From assembly GCA_963666275.2 (NCBI GenBank), contig CAXXOA010000002.1:640001-704000 (forward strand): 64,000 bases of DNA, read 5' to 3'. Made by a program: the position numbers and the translations under genes. The stretch comes from Oceanispirochaeta sp. GTDB taxonomy: Bacteria; Spirochaetota; Spirochaetia; DSM-2461. Of the stretch, positions 8,806-18,611 are shown piece after piece. Position 1 is the stretch's first letter, and the number at the start of each line of letters is the position of its first letter. The notes beneath the pieces are model-generated. The model was not told where the DNA came from and did no database searches. It saw only the letters and a program-made list of their open reading frames with translations.

Positions 8806-9180
8806 TTATACACCTCCTTCTTTGAATACTTCTTTTGCAACCAGTATTGCGTTTATTGCTTTCGGGAAGCCGCAGTAAACAGATAGATGAAGAAATATTT
8901 CCAGTATCTCTTTCTTGGATATTCCACAATTCAGAGCTCCATTTAAATGTACTTTCAGTTGTGGAGCACAATCTCCCATAGCAGCTAATGAAGAAATTGT
9001 GACTAATTCTCTGTCTCTCAGTCCTAAACCTTCACGGGAATAAATCTCTCCGAAAGCATATTCAATGATGTATTTACCAAGATCAGGGCTTACGGAATTG
9101 AGATTCTCAATGACCTCATTTCCACCTTTCCCATCAACTTTCTTCAGTAATTCCAATCCTGTTTCAAAATTGTAACTCAT
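8806..9180 (-). CDS. carboxymuconolactone decarboxylase family protein
   Basis: FGEIYSREGL.LRDRELVTI...QLKVH..GALN.G...Y.GFP.A.NA. Confidence 0.9.
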   Translation of the reverse strand: MSYNFETGLELLKKVDGKGGNEVIENLNSVSPDLGKYIIEYAFGEIYSREGLGLRDRELVTISSLAAMGDCAPQLKVHLNGALNCGISKKEILEIFLHLSVYCGFPKAINAILVAKEVFKEGGV

Positions 9181-9225
9181 TTAGCATCTCCTATCGTGTT
9201 TTTCTAGGATGCTAAAGTATAAAGC

Positions 9226-9585
9226 TTACTTTAAGGCTATAGCGTTTTTATAGAATTCGACTTTTTCATCAAGTTTTAGCAAATGATCCATGTCTCTCTC
9301 AATCTTTTCTTTTAATACACATCGATGATTTTCAAGGATTTCAAGTCTTTCAGAGAGCGTTGAGTCTCCCTGATCTCGTAGATCGGAATAAGTCATGATG
9401 TCTTTGATTTGCATTCCTGTATCTTTCAGCCTGGTAATAAACAAAGCCCATGTAATATCCTTCTCGGAGAATTCTCTATATCCTGAACTGTTTCTTGAAA
9501 GCCCCGGAAATAGTCCCAATTTGTCGTAATATCTTATTGCTGAAACTGTGATCTGTGTTTTTTCTGAAAACTCTTTTATGGTCAT
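9226..9585 (-). CDS. MerR-family transcriptional regulator
   Basis: MTIKEFSEKT..TVSAIRYYDKLGL...RNSSGYR. Confidence 0.9.
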   Translation of the reverse strand: MTIKEFSEKTQITVSAIRYYDKLGLFPGLSRNSSGYREFSEKDITWALFITRLKDTGMQIKDIMTYSDLRDQGDSTLSERLEILENHRCVLKEKIERDMDHLLKLDEKVEFYKNAIALK

Positions 9586-9642
9586 AAATAACCCTTGTTA
9601 GAAAATTTAGAATCATTTTTCCTGATTATTTTATTGATTATG

Positions 9643-9690
9643 GAAATCTTGCTCAATTCCAACCAGTCCCATCATCGGAACTGAATGTGG
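9643..9690 (+). repeat. isolated Module B 5' box
   Basis: GAAATCTTGCTCAATTCCAACCAGTCCCATCATCGGAACTGAATGT. Confidence 0.85.
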
Positions 9691-9703
9691 AGAGATTGCT
9701 ATA

Positions 9704-10396
9704 TTACTTAACTTTACCCAATGTAAAGCTTTCTATAGGGAGTGTATTCTCAACTCTCTGATACCAATCATTGAATACCAGCTCCAGAGAATTGACCTCG
9801 AAAGAACCAAAGTCGTGATTCCTGTAAGCATCCAGTTGTTTCAGGTATTTCTGAGTATTCGTCAGCTTATTCTTAAACCGGATTACTGTTGAATGGGCAG
9901 TTTGCAATTTATACCTTGTATCAATTGAGTTGCTGAGATTTGAACCATTAAAAGATGATCTTATTCTCTCTCTGAATTGGTTCAGGTTATCATTTTCAGG
10001 AAATCCCTGGATCATTACACATGAAGGGGAGGCTGTTATCCCTTTAAATCTTATAGAGAATCTGCCTGTTTGGGAGATTACTTTACGAATCAGTTCTGAA
10101 TAGTCCGGGATGCAAATGCTTGAGATATCAAATCCGTCGTAACATGAAATTATTGAAAGAAGAGTAATATGCATATCTGATTCCGGGTAATAATACTGAT
10201 CTGGGTCAATCAGACGCATTTCTTCAAGAAAGGATGTAATTCTTTGTTTTACGTCCAGGGATGGTCTGATCAGCAGAGTTATTCCGCGTCTTCTGTCGTT
10301 ATCAGAATCTATTAGAGTATCGAAGATGCCTTTACCTGATGCAATTTGACTTATGGAAGATGTATATAATTCGTTGTAATGCTGATTGAGATTCAT
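9704..10396 (-). CDS. 2H phosphoesterase (2'-5' RNA ligase-like) family protein
   Basis: two Hx(T/S) motifs, MHITL and AHSTV; start taken at MNLNQHY because the longer ORF starts inside Module B. Confidence 0.75.
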   Translation of the reverse strand: MNLNQHYNELYTSSISQIASGKGIFDTLIDSDNDRRRGITLLIRPSLDVKQRITSFLEEMRLIDPDQYYYPESDMHITLLSIISCYDGFDISSICIPDYSELIRKVISQTGRFSIRFKGITASPSCVMIQGFPENDNLNQFRERIRSSFNGSNLSNSIDTRYKLQTAHSTVIRFKNKLTNTQKYLKQLDAYRNHDFGSFEVNSLELVFNDWYQRVENTLPIESFTLGKVK

Positions 10397-10451
10397 ACCC
10401 ATATTATCTATGACATTACGATTGATGTAAAACATCGATAAGAGTAACCAA

Positions 10452-10737
10452 AAAATTCTGCTCCATTCCATCCAGTCCCATCATCGGAACTGAATGTAGC
10501 AATATTGCTGCATTAAACCGCCTGTTCACCAGACGAACGCAGAATGCAGATCCATGTTCATGTGATGAACTGCACGTTCATGACGTGAACGCCGGTGTTC
10601 ACCTGGTGAACCGATATATATAGATAAATACAGTATTATAAATATAATACTACTATAGGAATCTTCGATTCATGTTTGCATAAAGGTTTATACTTCATGC
10701 ATTGGTCAAGAACTTGTTCTATCAGCGGAACTAATCC
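10452..10737 (+). repeat. Module B copy 2
   Basis: same box, four palindromes and AT-rich tract as 3864-4140. Confidence 0.85.
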
Positions 10738-10802
10738 ACGCATAATTATTATCGTTGCATATGTTACAGAAATGGTCTGAATGATTTCTTATACTTAAAG
10801 AC

Positions 10803-11537
10803 ATGAAACTATATGAAGTATTAGCCGCCGAATATAAAGAGATTTTCCCATCTTCCCAGGAGAAGGTAGATTTTGTTGAACAGTACCTTGATAAGGGAGA
10901 GTCACAACGAATACTGGATATCGGATGTGCAAGCGGAGAATTTGTCTATCAGCTATCTTCTTCAACCAGAGAAATAACAGGGATTGATCTCGATGAACTT
11001 ATGATTGCTGAGGCAAAGAAACAAATAGTTTCTGACCAACCAGACGTCATTCAGTTCTTCCAGGTAGATATGCTTGGTTTTCTCAATAAATCAGAATCTG
11101 ATTTCTATGATTTCATCACATGCCTGGGTAATACTATTGTTTATCTTGATGGTGAATCTGAATTGAGAGGTTTTCTTCAATCAGCGCATAAAGCTTTGAA
11201 AGAGCATGGAACGATGATTATTCAGATATTGAATTACAGCAATCCCATGATTGCTCCTGGGTTTATATTTCCGAAGGCAGCGACTAAGAAGATTGAGTTT
11301 AACAGAGAATATGTGGCATTAAAAGATTCTGCAAAATTAGAGTTCAAGACCTCGGTAAAAGATAAAAGTTCCGGAGAGACTGATATAGATTTGCACCGGC
11401 ACTTCCCCTTTATCAGCAGTAGAATTGAAGAAATTGCCTTAGAGTTCGGATTTATTAAATCAAAAATATTTGGCGGTTATACCAGGACAGAAGCTGAGGC
11501 TTCTGATTTCTTCCATCTTATCGTTCTTGAAAAGTAG
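10803..11537 (+). CDS. class I SAM-dependent methyltransferase
   Basis: ILDIGCASG, GIDLD and YDFITCLGNT motifs. Confidence 0.9.
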   Translation: MKLYEVLAAEYKEIFPSSQEKVDFVEQYLDKGESQRILDIGCASGEFVYQLSSSTREITGIDLDELMIAEAKKQIVSDQPDVIQFFQVDMLGFLNKSESDFYDFITCLGNTIVYLDGESELRGFLQSAHKALKEHGTMIIQILNYSNPMIAPGFIFPKAATKKIEFNREYVALKDSAKLEFKTSVKDKSSGETDIDLHRHFPFISSRIEEIALEFGFIKSKIFGGYTRTEAEASDFFHLIVLEK

Positions 11538-11609
11538 TTAAGGGAGGATTTCATTAAAGGAAGCTATATATTATCGATTCTAACGAAGAGAAAAATTGAT
11601 GAGAAAACT

Positions 11610-11906
11610 TTGTCCCGGATGTTTATTATTTATTGCCATAAATACCATAGAGCAGATAGAACCGGCTCTACTCATTGTGATACCTGCAAAGGCTTATTGG
11701 AATACAGTCTGAAGATAACTGAAAACTGTAAATGGAAGAAACAAGGAAGATTATGTTCTGCCTGCGCTGTTCATTGTTTTGAAGAAGAGAAACGAGAAAG
11801 AATCAGAGATGTAATGAGATACTCCGGACCTCGTCTTTTGCTCACAAATCCAATACTGTCAATTAGATATATTATACTGAAATCAATGCAAGGAAGGATT
11901 TCCTGA
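11610..11906 (+). CDS. YgbA-like (nitrous oxide-stimulated promoter family) protein
   Basis: M..IYC...H...C..C..L..Y...C...C..C..HC......IR.VMRYSGPR; start uncertain. Confidence 0.8.
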   Translation: MSRMFIIYCHKYHRADRTGSTHCDTCKGLLEYSLKITENCKWKKQGRLCSACAVHCFEEEKRERIRDVMRYSGPRLLLTNPILSIRYIILKSMQGRIS

Positions 11907-12011
11907 AAGTTTTAATCCGGAAATCCTTCCATATTAAAATCCTAGTTGCCTGCTATCCCCCGCTCCCAGAAAGCATAGTTAGTAATAAAATGCTACAAAG
12001 GAGCGGAGCCC

Positions 12012-12416
12012 ATGGGCCGTCATAAACTACCCTACAAAATGAAGAAGCCAAACCAGCATCATAGGTACTGGCGATACGTCTTATCAACTGATCCACACAG
12101 ATCAGAAATATCAACGAAAACCAAAGTCAAATATGAAGCTGAAAGAATAGCCAAAGAGGCATATCAGCTATCCATTCAGGAAGCGGATAAGGTCATCTCA
12201 TTTTCAGAATACAGCAAAGACTTCTTTACCGAGAAATGCAAGCTGACATTGAGAAGACAGGCATCCAACAAACCGATATCTCCTGAGATTCTGAAAGCCA
12301 AAAGAGGGCAGCTGCTGAATCATCTACAACCTCAGTTTGGAACTCTGCCTCTGAATGAGATTACCCAGGTTATGTATGAAGATTGGAGGATGGGAATAGT
12401 CCTTCTGGCTTCTTAA
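12012..12416 (+). pseudogene. Module C copy 2: open N-terminal half of a tyrosine integrase (arm-binding plus core-binding region)
   Basis: STKTK...AERIA...F.EY..DFF...L.NHLQP.FG..PL.EIT resembles integrase N-terminal/SAM-like domains; no R-H-R-Y catalytic region; AAGGAG RBS. Confidence 0.7.
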
Positions 12417-12419
12417 CAA

Positions 12420-12471
12420 ACATCGCATAAGAGCTATTATGATATACAGAAGCTAGCCTCTTATGAAGTAC
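12420..12471. other. dif-like recombination site plus extra half-site
   Basis: ACATCGCATAA-GAGCTA-TTATGATATAC; TTATGAAGTAC at 12461. Confidence 0.5.
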
Positions 12472-12589
12472 GAATTCTGATCATTCGCTAGAAGGGCTGC
12501 AGAAATAGAGCGAGGAACTCCTGCTGCTATTATTTGAATTTAAAGACATCTTTGTTTCCAAAAGGCACACATAATGTTATGATAAGAAT

Positions 12590-12865
12590 ATGGATAAGTT
12601 CTTCAACTGGAATGATGAGAAGAATGCTCTATTGATCAAAGAACGGAATATTTCGTTTGAGGAAGTTGTCTTCTGTATTCAGAATGATGGAATCCTTGAT
12701 GATGTAGCACATGCCAATCAGGAGAAATATCCCAATCAGAGGATTTTAATCGTCTTGATTGATGACTATGTGTATTTAGTCCCTTATGTAGAAAACGATG
12801 ATGAAATCTTCCTGAAGACTATAATTCCGAGCAGGAAAGCGAAAAAAGAATATCTGGGAGGGTAA
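12590..12865 (+). CDS. BrnT-like type II toxin
   Basis: FNWNDEKN..L..ERNISFEEV...H...KYPNQ...YVYLVPYV...FLKTIIPSRKA. Confidence 0.8.
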   Translation: MDKFFNWNDEKNALLIKERNISFEEVVFCIQNDGILDDVAHANQEKYPNQRILIVLIDDYVYLVPYVENDDEIFLKTIIPSRKAKKEYLGG

Positions 12866-12867
12866 GC

Positions 12868-13149
12868 ATGGACCTTGATGATTATGAAAAAGAAATACTC
12901 AAAGATTATGAATCTGGAAAACTGAAAACCTCAGGGATTAGCGATCGTGAAAAAGAACGGTTCTCTGAAATAGCCGCAAATACTCTAAAAAAAAATAAGA
13001 GGGTGAATATTCGATTATCTGAGCATGATCTCCAGGCTATTCAGAGGAAAGCTGTTCAGGAAGGGTTACCCTATCAGACCTTAATTTCCAGCTTGATTCA
13101 TAAATACACTAACGGGTTGCTTGTAGATAAGTCAAAAATTGCTGGTTAA
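12868..13149 (+). CDS. BrnA/CopG-like antitoxin
   Basis: KRVNIRLS..DL..I..KA..EGLPYQTLISSLIHKY RHH motif. Confidence 0.8.
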   Translation: MDLDDYEKEILKDYESGKLKTSGISDREKERFSEIAANTLKKNKRVNIRLSEHDLQAIQRKAVQEGLPYQTLISSLIHKYTNGLLVDKSKIAG

Positions 13150-13150
13150 A

Positions 13151-13457
13151 CTGACGCCGATACCGACGCCTTTATTATACGAGCCCAGTAACTTTATATG
13201 GAAAAATTACTACATAACAGCTTCTTATGCGGTACGATACAGCCCTATACGTACTGCATAAGGACTCTATACAAGTTCAAGTCCTAGTGGGTCCACTAAG
13301 CACTCCATTTTCGGAGTGCTTTTTTTGTGTCTAAACGCTTATAATACATGGCTTTAGGCTTGTTGAGATAAAACGGCCGTCTGGTTTTGAAAGGGGACTG
13401 ACGCCTTTATCGACGCCTTTTGGAAATTCTTCTGGTCCTGGAATGGTGAAGGATTTC
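13151..13457 (+). repeat. Module A copy 3
   Basis: arm repeats 13151-13170; half-sites 13207-13261; core GTTCAAGTCCTAGTGGGTCCA 13275-13295; terminator 13298-13326; arm repeats 13398-13417. Confidence 0.9.
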
Positions 13458-13744
13458 TATATTCAGTAAAATATAACAGTCTCTGGAAATCTCAGAGTGT
13501 ATCACCGTGGGATTCTTTCCACCTTCTTTACTTGAAGATGATTTTGAATATTGAATCAGGCAGTGATAACAGGAAGCTAAGCATGCTTCCATTATCGGAA
13601 TGTGGAAATATTTCCATATACTGGACTCAGATGAGAAAAGCTAACCCACGGGGGCTGAATTTTATTCTTCTCGGAGCAAAGCTGGCCCTGGACCGGAGTT
13701 GAGGGGACATTCTTTCAGCCCAAGTTTGCCCCGATGCTTACCTT

Positions 13745-14743
13745 TCAGGCGGTGAAAACGGACCTGATACTACCGGGGGGGTGATTAAAGCGTTTCCGGA
13801 AGGTTGCGGCAAAATCCCCCATATTGGAGTACCCCACAGCCAGGGCGGCTTCAGATACGGAAAATCCCTGATGCAGCAGCTTATACGCCCGGTCGAGTCG
13901 AATCTCGACCAGGGCTTGATGGACCGTACAGCCGAAGGCCTGACGAAATCCGGTTTTCAGTTTGTAATCGTTCAGATTAACCATCCGGGAAAGTTCAAAA
14001 AGTCCCGGAGGATCATCCATCCGGCTCTCCAGGATATGACGGGCCTCCCGTATCCTCTCAATATCCCCCGAAGAGAGGACCGCGCCGGATGACTGCATTC
14101 CATTTTTCAGATATTGGACTATACAGGCGGTCAGATCGGAAACAGACTCTTCCAGAGCCAGAGATGCATCTATGCTCTCTCTGGCTCTCTGAATTATTCT
14201 ATTGTGGAGATCCTCCATATGAGCAGGCAGCACACAGGGACATTTTATGATCGATTCGTGGCAGTTTTCCGCGTAGGGCTGCAGTTTCTTCGGAAGTGCG
14301 CAATCCCGGTCCCGGCAGTATTCATCAAAGATTTCCGGTTCGAAGTGGGCTTCAACCAGCTGAATCATCTGACCTCCGGGGGCTGATATTTCAATATCCA
14401 TGGGCCCATGGGCAAAGGAGAGATAGCACTGCCCCGGGTAGTTGTCAAACGCTTTTCTATTTCCTTTCATGCGGAAATGGACGATTCCCCGGGTGGAGAA
14501 CCCCATTTCCACCATCCGGGGGACAACTGAACGGCTGGAAAAACAAAGGTCCCTCTTTAAGTGAAGATCAATATAGGAGACGGAAACACCCGGGGAAAGG
14601 GCAATATTTTTGTAGATACCACAGAGTCCTTCGGTTTTTACATGGTATAGGGAGCTGACTTTTCCCGATAGAGAATGATCCTTTAAAGCTTTGGAAAATT
14701 CCAGCTCCACATCCCGGTCGTTACCCAGTTCCACTTGTCTCAT
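13745..14743 (-). CDS. AraC-family regulator (PchR/YbtA-like)
   Basis: C-terminal PP.L.ELS..V.LN..KLK.GF...FG...VSEAA.AVGYSN...F...F...F. Confidence 0.9.
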   Translation of the reverse strand: MRQVELGNDRDVELEFSKALKDHSLSGKVSSLYHVKTEGLCGIYKNIALSPGVSVSYIDLHLKRDLCFSSRSVVPRMVEMGFSTRGIVHFRMKGNRKAFDNYPGQCYLSFAHGPMDIEISAPGGQMIQLVEAHFEPEIFDEYCRDRDCALPKKLQPYAENCHESIIKCPCVLPAHMEDLHNRIIQRARESIDASLALEESVSDLTACIVQYLKNGMQSSGAVLSSGDIERIREARHILESRMDDPPGLFELSRMVNLNDYKLKTGFRQAFGCTVHQALVEIRLDRAYKLLHQGFSVSEAALAVGYSNMGDFAATFRKRFNHPPGSIRSVFTA

Positions 14744-14813
14744 TGTCCTGCCTTTATTAATCCCGAATTCGGTAGAGAATTATTGTATATGAATATAACA
14801 TATAAGAACTAAT

Positions 14814-14835
14814 ATAGTTAGTCTTAATTAACTAT
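14814..14835. promoter_or_regulatory. palindromic operator between divergent araC and ABC genes (possible metal-repressor box)
   Basis: ATAGTTA-GTCTTAAT-TAACTAT perfect inverted repeat. Confidence 0.45.
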
Positions 14836-15015
14836 GATGATTTTATGCTCATGCAAGGAATATTTCAAGCATGTAATTCCCATGTCAGGAGGAAACAGTG
14901 AATATTACGGAAATCAATCGGTTCTTCCATCAGGTAGCCCGATGGCAAATTCGAAAAAATGCAACGAAGTCAATGAGTATTGGCATATCTCAATTTATAC
15001 GGGAGACATAAGAAA

Positions 15016-16815
15016 ATGTCGGAAAAGAAAGAAGCTTCTCTTTTAAAGAGATTTGTTCCCTATATGGGAAGGAAAAAAGCCCTGCTGCCCCTGTCTCTGT
15101 TTCTATCCGGGACGGCTGCAGTGCTGAATATCCTGCCCTATGTTTTTATCTGGATCATCGTTAGGAAGATCCTGTCTGCGCCGGAAGGAATGAAGCCCGG
15201 TGAAACCGGGACCTACGCCTGGCTCGCTCTGGGAAGCGCCCTGGGAGGAGTGGTTTTCTATTTCTGCAGTCTCACGAGTTCCCACCTGGCCGCATTCCGG
15301 GTGGAAGTGGGGCTGCAGAAAGTGGCTATGGGGAGAATCCGAAACATGCCTTTAGGCTTTTTCGACCTGTATCCCAGCGGTAAAATACGGAAGATCGTGA
15401 ACGACGGGGCTAAGACAACCCATACTTTCCTGGCTCATCAGTTGCCGGATATGGCGGGAAGCATCGTCACCCCGCTTATTCTTTTAATCTTGACTTTCAC
15501 GGTGGACTGGAAAATGGGGCTCTGCTCCCTTATTCCCATCGCTTTGGGATTTTCCACCATGAGTTTCATGATGACTGAGAAAGGAAAGGCCTTCCAGAAG
15601 CAGTATATGGATTCCCTTGAAGAAATGAGCTCCCAGTCGGTGGACTACATTCGGGGAATCCCCGTTGTAAAGACCTTCGGACAGACCATATTCTCGTTCA
15701 AACGCTTTCATGACAGCATTATGGGGTACAAGGAGATGGTTCTGGCCTATACCCTTATGTGGAGGATGCCCATGTCCTTTTATACGGTTATTATGGAATC
15801 GGCCGTCTTCTTCCTTATCCCCCTGTCTATCCTTATGATCGGCCGGGAGGGGGATGTCCCTTTTATACTGGCGAACTTTCTATTCTATCTGCTCATTGCA
15901 CCCACCTTTACCCAGGTTCTGATGCGGACTATGCATTTTCGGCAGAATGCGCTGATCGCCTCCCATGCTATTGATCGTATAGACGATCTCATGGGGTATC
16001 CTTTCATGGAATATCCCTCTCTGGAATGTCGAAGCCGGGAGGTCAGCCTGGAATTCAGAAATGTTGGTTTCTCCTATGCCGGGACAGACTCCCCTGCGGT
16101 ACAGGGAATAAGTTTCAAAATCAATCAGGGTGAAACAGTGGCTCTGGTAGGTCCTTCGGGAGGAGGGAAAACCACGATTGCCCGTTTGGCCGCCCGTTTC
16201 TGGGACGCCGATGAGGGAGAGGTGCTCATAGGAGGGGAGCCTATTGGAAACTATCCCAAAAAGCAGTTAATGGACCGAATCTCCTTTGTCTTCCAGAACA
16301 CACGGCTCTTCAAGGGCTCCCTCCGGGAAAATATCGTCTTCGGTAAAGTAAACGTGGCCGACTCGGATATAGAGCGGGCCGTGGAGCTTTCTCAGTCTAG
16401 GGAGATCATCGACTATCACAGAGAGGGGCTGGATACAGTAATCGGATCCAAAGGAACCTATTTGTCCGGCGGAGAGCAGCAACGGATCGCCTTGGCCAGG
16501 GCGATTGTGAAAGACTCTCCCATCATTCTCCTGGATGAAGCCACGGCATTCGCAGATCCGGAAAATGAGCATCTTATCCAGAAGGGGATGAAAGAGCTGA
16601 AAAAGGGGAAAACCACCCTGATGATTGCTCACCGCCTGACCACTGTAAAAAACGCTGACCTCATTCTGGTCATAGAGAAAGGGAAAATTGTTCAGCAGGG
16701 GACCCACGAGGAGCTTATGGCCATGGGAGGACTGTATGAGACCCTGTGGAATGAGTACCAGAAGTCCATAGCCTGGAAAATCGCCGCTAAAGAAGCGGTC
16801 AGAATGGGAGAATAG
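15016..16815 (+). CDS. ABC transporter permease/ATPase (YbtP/IrtA-like)
   Basis: SHLAAF TMD; Walker A GPSGGGKT, LSGGEQQR, LLDEATAFADPENE. Confidence 0.9.
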   Translation: MSEKKEASLLKRFVPYMGRKKALLPLSLFLSGTAAVLNILPYVFIWIIVRKILSAPEGMKPGETGTYAWLALGSALGGVVFYFCSLTSSHLAAFRVEVGLQKVAMGRIRNMPLGFFDLYPSGKIRKIVNDGAKTTHTFLAHQLPDMAGSIVTPLILLILTFTVDWKMGLCSLIPIALGFSTMSFMMTEKGKAFQKQYMDSLEEMSSQSVDYIRGIPVVKTFGQTIFSFKRFHDSIMGYKEMVLAYTLMWRMPMSFYTVIMESAVFFLIPLSILMIGREGDVPFILANFLFYLLIAPTFTQVLMRTMHFRQNALIASHAIDRIDDLMGYPFMEYPSLECRSREVSLEFRNVGFSYAGTDSPAVQGISFKINQGETVALVGPSGGGKTTIARLAARFWDADEGEVLIGGEPIGNYPKKQLMDRISFVFQNTRLFKGSLRENIVFGKVNVADSDIERAVELSQSREIIDYHREGLDTVIGSKGTYLSGGEQQRIALARAIVKDSPIILLDEATAFADPENEHLIQKGMKELKKGKTTLMIAHRLTTVKNADLILVIEKGKIVQQGTHEELMAMGGLYETLWNEYQKSIAWKIAAKEAVRMGE

Positions 16816-16816
16816 G

Positions 16817-18541
16817 ATGATTAAACACTTTCAGAACATATACGCCATGTCGGAAGAGGGGGCCAGAGATTTCGGAAAATCTATTTTCTGGACGACTCTT
16901 CTCTACCTCAGCTTTATGCTTCCTCCGGTTCTGGGATTCAAATTCCTGGATGAATACCTGGTTTCGGGGAATCCTGCAGGCAGGGTGCAACCATATCTGA
17001 TACTGACGGCAATCTTCTTCGCGATTATGTTCGTTCTGGCCTATATCCAGTACGATTCCACCTATACCCGGATCTACGGAGAAAGCGCCAGGCAGAGGCT
17101 CAATCTGGCGGAGACCCTGAGGAAGCTGCCCCTGGCATTTTTCGGGAAGAAGGACATTTCCGACCTGAGCGCCACCATAATGGAGGACGCCACGGCAGTG
17201 GAACAGATTTTTTCCCACACCATTCCCCAGCTTTACGCCTCTGTGATCATTGTTTGTCTTTTTGCGGTGATGCTTTTCATCTATAACTGGATAATGTCCA
17301 TAGCCCTTTTTTGGGTGGTGCCCGTGGCGGCACTGGTCTTTTTCCTCTCCAGAAAATTCCAGGGGAGAACCCAGAAAAGGCTGTACGATCAGAACAGGAA
17401 TATCTCAGAGAGCGTTCAGGAAGAACTGGACCTTATTCATGAGATCAAGTCCTATAACCGGGAAGAGGCCTTTGCAGAACGGCTGAACGGAAATCTGGAC
17501 AGGTATGAGAAAACCCTGATGACTCAGGAATTGCTTATAGGTGTCAATATTAACCTTTCCTATATGATACTGAAATTGGGCCTCCCTACGGTGATTCTTA
17601 CCGGGGCATTTCTGCTATACAGAGGAACGGCGGATTTTTCAGTATTTACCTATTTGGCCTTTCTCGTAGTGGCTTCCCGTATTTATGCGCCTATGATGCA
17701 GTGTTTTGATGATTTTGCGTCCCTGATCATGCTTAATGTGCGTATTAACAGAATGAAGGAGATGGAGGCCATGCCCCGTCAGACGGGGACAACAGTGTTC
17801 GAGCCGCAAAACTACGATATCTGTTTTAATAATGTGGATTTTTCCTACCGCGGCGACGTGCAGACCTTGAAAAATGTCAGCTTTACCGCAAAGCAGGGGG
17901 AGGTCACCGCCCTGGTCGGTCCCTCGGGAGGCGGGAAGAGTACGGTGGCCAAGCTGTCTGCCCGGTTCTGGGATGTGGACGGGGGCAGGGTGACCCTGGG
18001 AGGAGAGGATATTTCCCTGGTAGATCCGGAAACTCTGCTGGAGAACTTTTCCATTGTATTTCAGGATGTGACCCTGTTCAATTCCTCGGTGATGGACAAT
18101 ATCCGTTTGGGACGGAAGGACGCCAGCGATGAAGAAGTTCTGGAAGCAGCGCGCCTGGCTCAGTGCGAGGAATTCGCCTCGAAGCTGCATGACGGGTACG
18201 ACACGCTGATCGGTGAGAACGGGGAAAGGCTGTCCGGTGGTGAGCGACAGAGGATATCCATTGCCCGGGCCATTCTTAAGAACGCTCCCATCATCCTTTT
18301 GGATGAGGCCACAGCTTCTCTGGATGCGGAAAATGAAAGTAAGATCCAGCAGGCACTGAGCGAGCTGACCCGGGGTAAAACGGTCCTGATTATCGCACAC
18401 CGGATGAGAACAGTAGCCCATGCGGACAACATCGTGGTTCTCAAGGAAGGCCAGATCGTCGAAACAGGCACTCCCGAAGATTTGGCAGTGCAAAACGGAA
18501 TTTTCGCATCCATGATGGAGAGACAGAATTCGGAGGTCTGA
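16817..18541 (+). CDS. ABC transporter permease/ATPase (YbtQ/IrtB-like)
   Basis: R..LAE.LRKLPL.FF; GPSGGGKS, LSGGERQR, LLDEATASLD. Confidence 0.9.
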   Translation: MIKHFQNIYAMSEEGARDFGKSIFWTTLLYLSFMLPPVLGFKFLDEYLVSGNPAGRVQPYLILTAIFFAIMFVLAYIQYDSTYTRIYGESARQRLNLAETLRKLPLAFFGKKDISDLSATIMEDATAVEQIFSHTIPQLYASVIIVCLFAVMLFIYNWIMSIALFWVVPVAALVFFLSRKFQGRTQKRLYDQNRNISESVQEELDLIHEIKSYNREEAFAERLNGNLDRYEKTLMTQELLIGVNINLSYMILKLGLPTVILTGAFLLYRGTADFSVFTYLAFLVVASRIYAPMMQCFDDFASLIMLNVRINRMKEMEAMPRQTGTTVFEPQNYDICFNNVDFSYRGDVQTLKNVSFTAKQGEVTALVGPSGGGKSTVAKLSARFWDVDGGRVTLGGEDISLVDPETLLENFSIVFQDVTLFNSSVMDNIRLGRKDASDEEVLEAARLAQCEEFASKLHDGYDTLIGENGERLSGGERQRISIARAILKNAPIILLDEATASLDAENESKIQQALSELTRGKTVLIIAHRMRTVAHADNIVVLKEGQIVETGTPEDLAVQNGIFASMMERQNSEV

Positions 18542-18611
18542 GAGAAAAAGAAAAAATCGGGAAGGCTGACCAGGGCAAGACCGTCACACTTCCAGAATCA
18601 GTCGAAATGCA

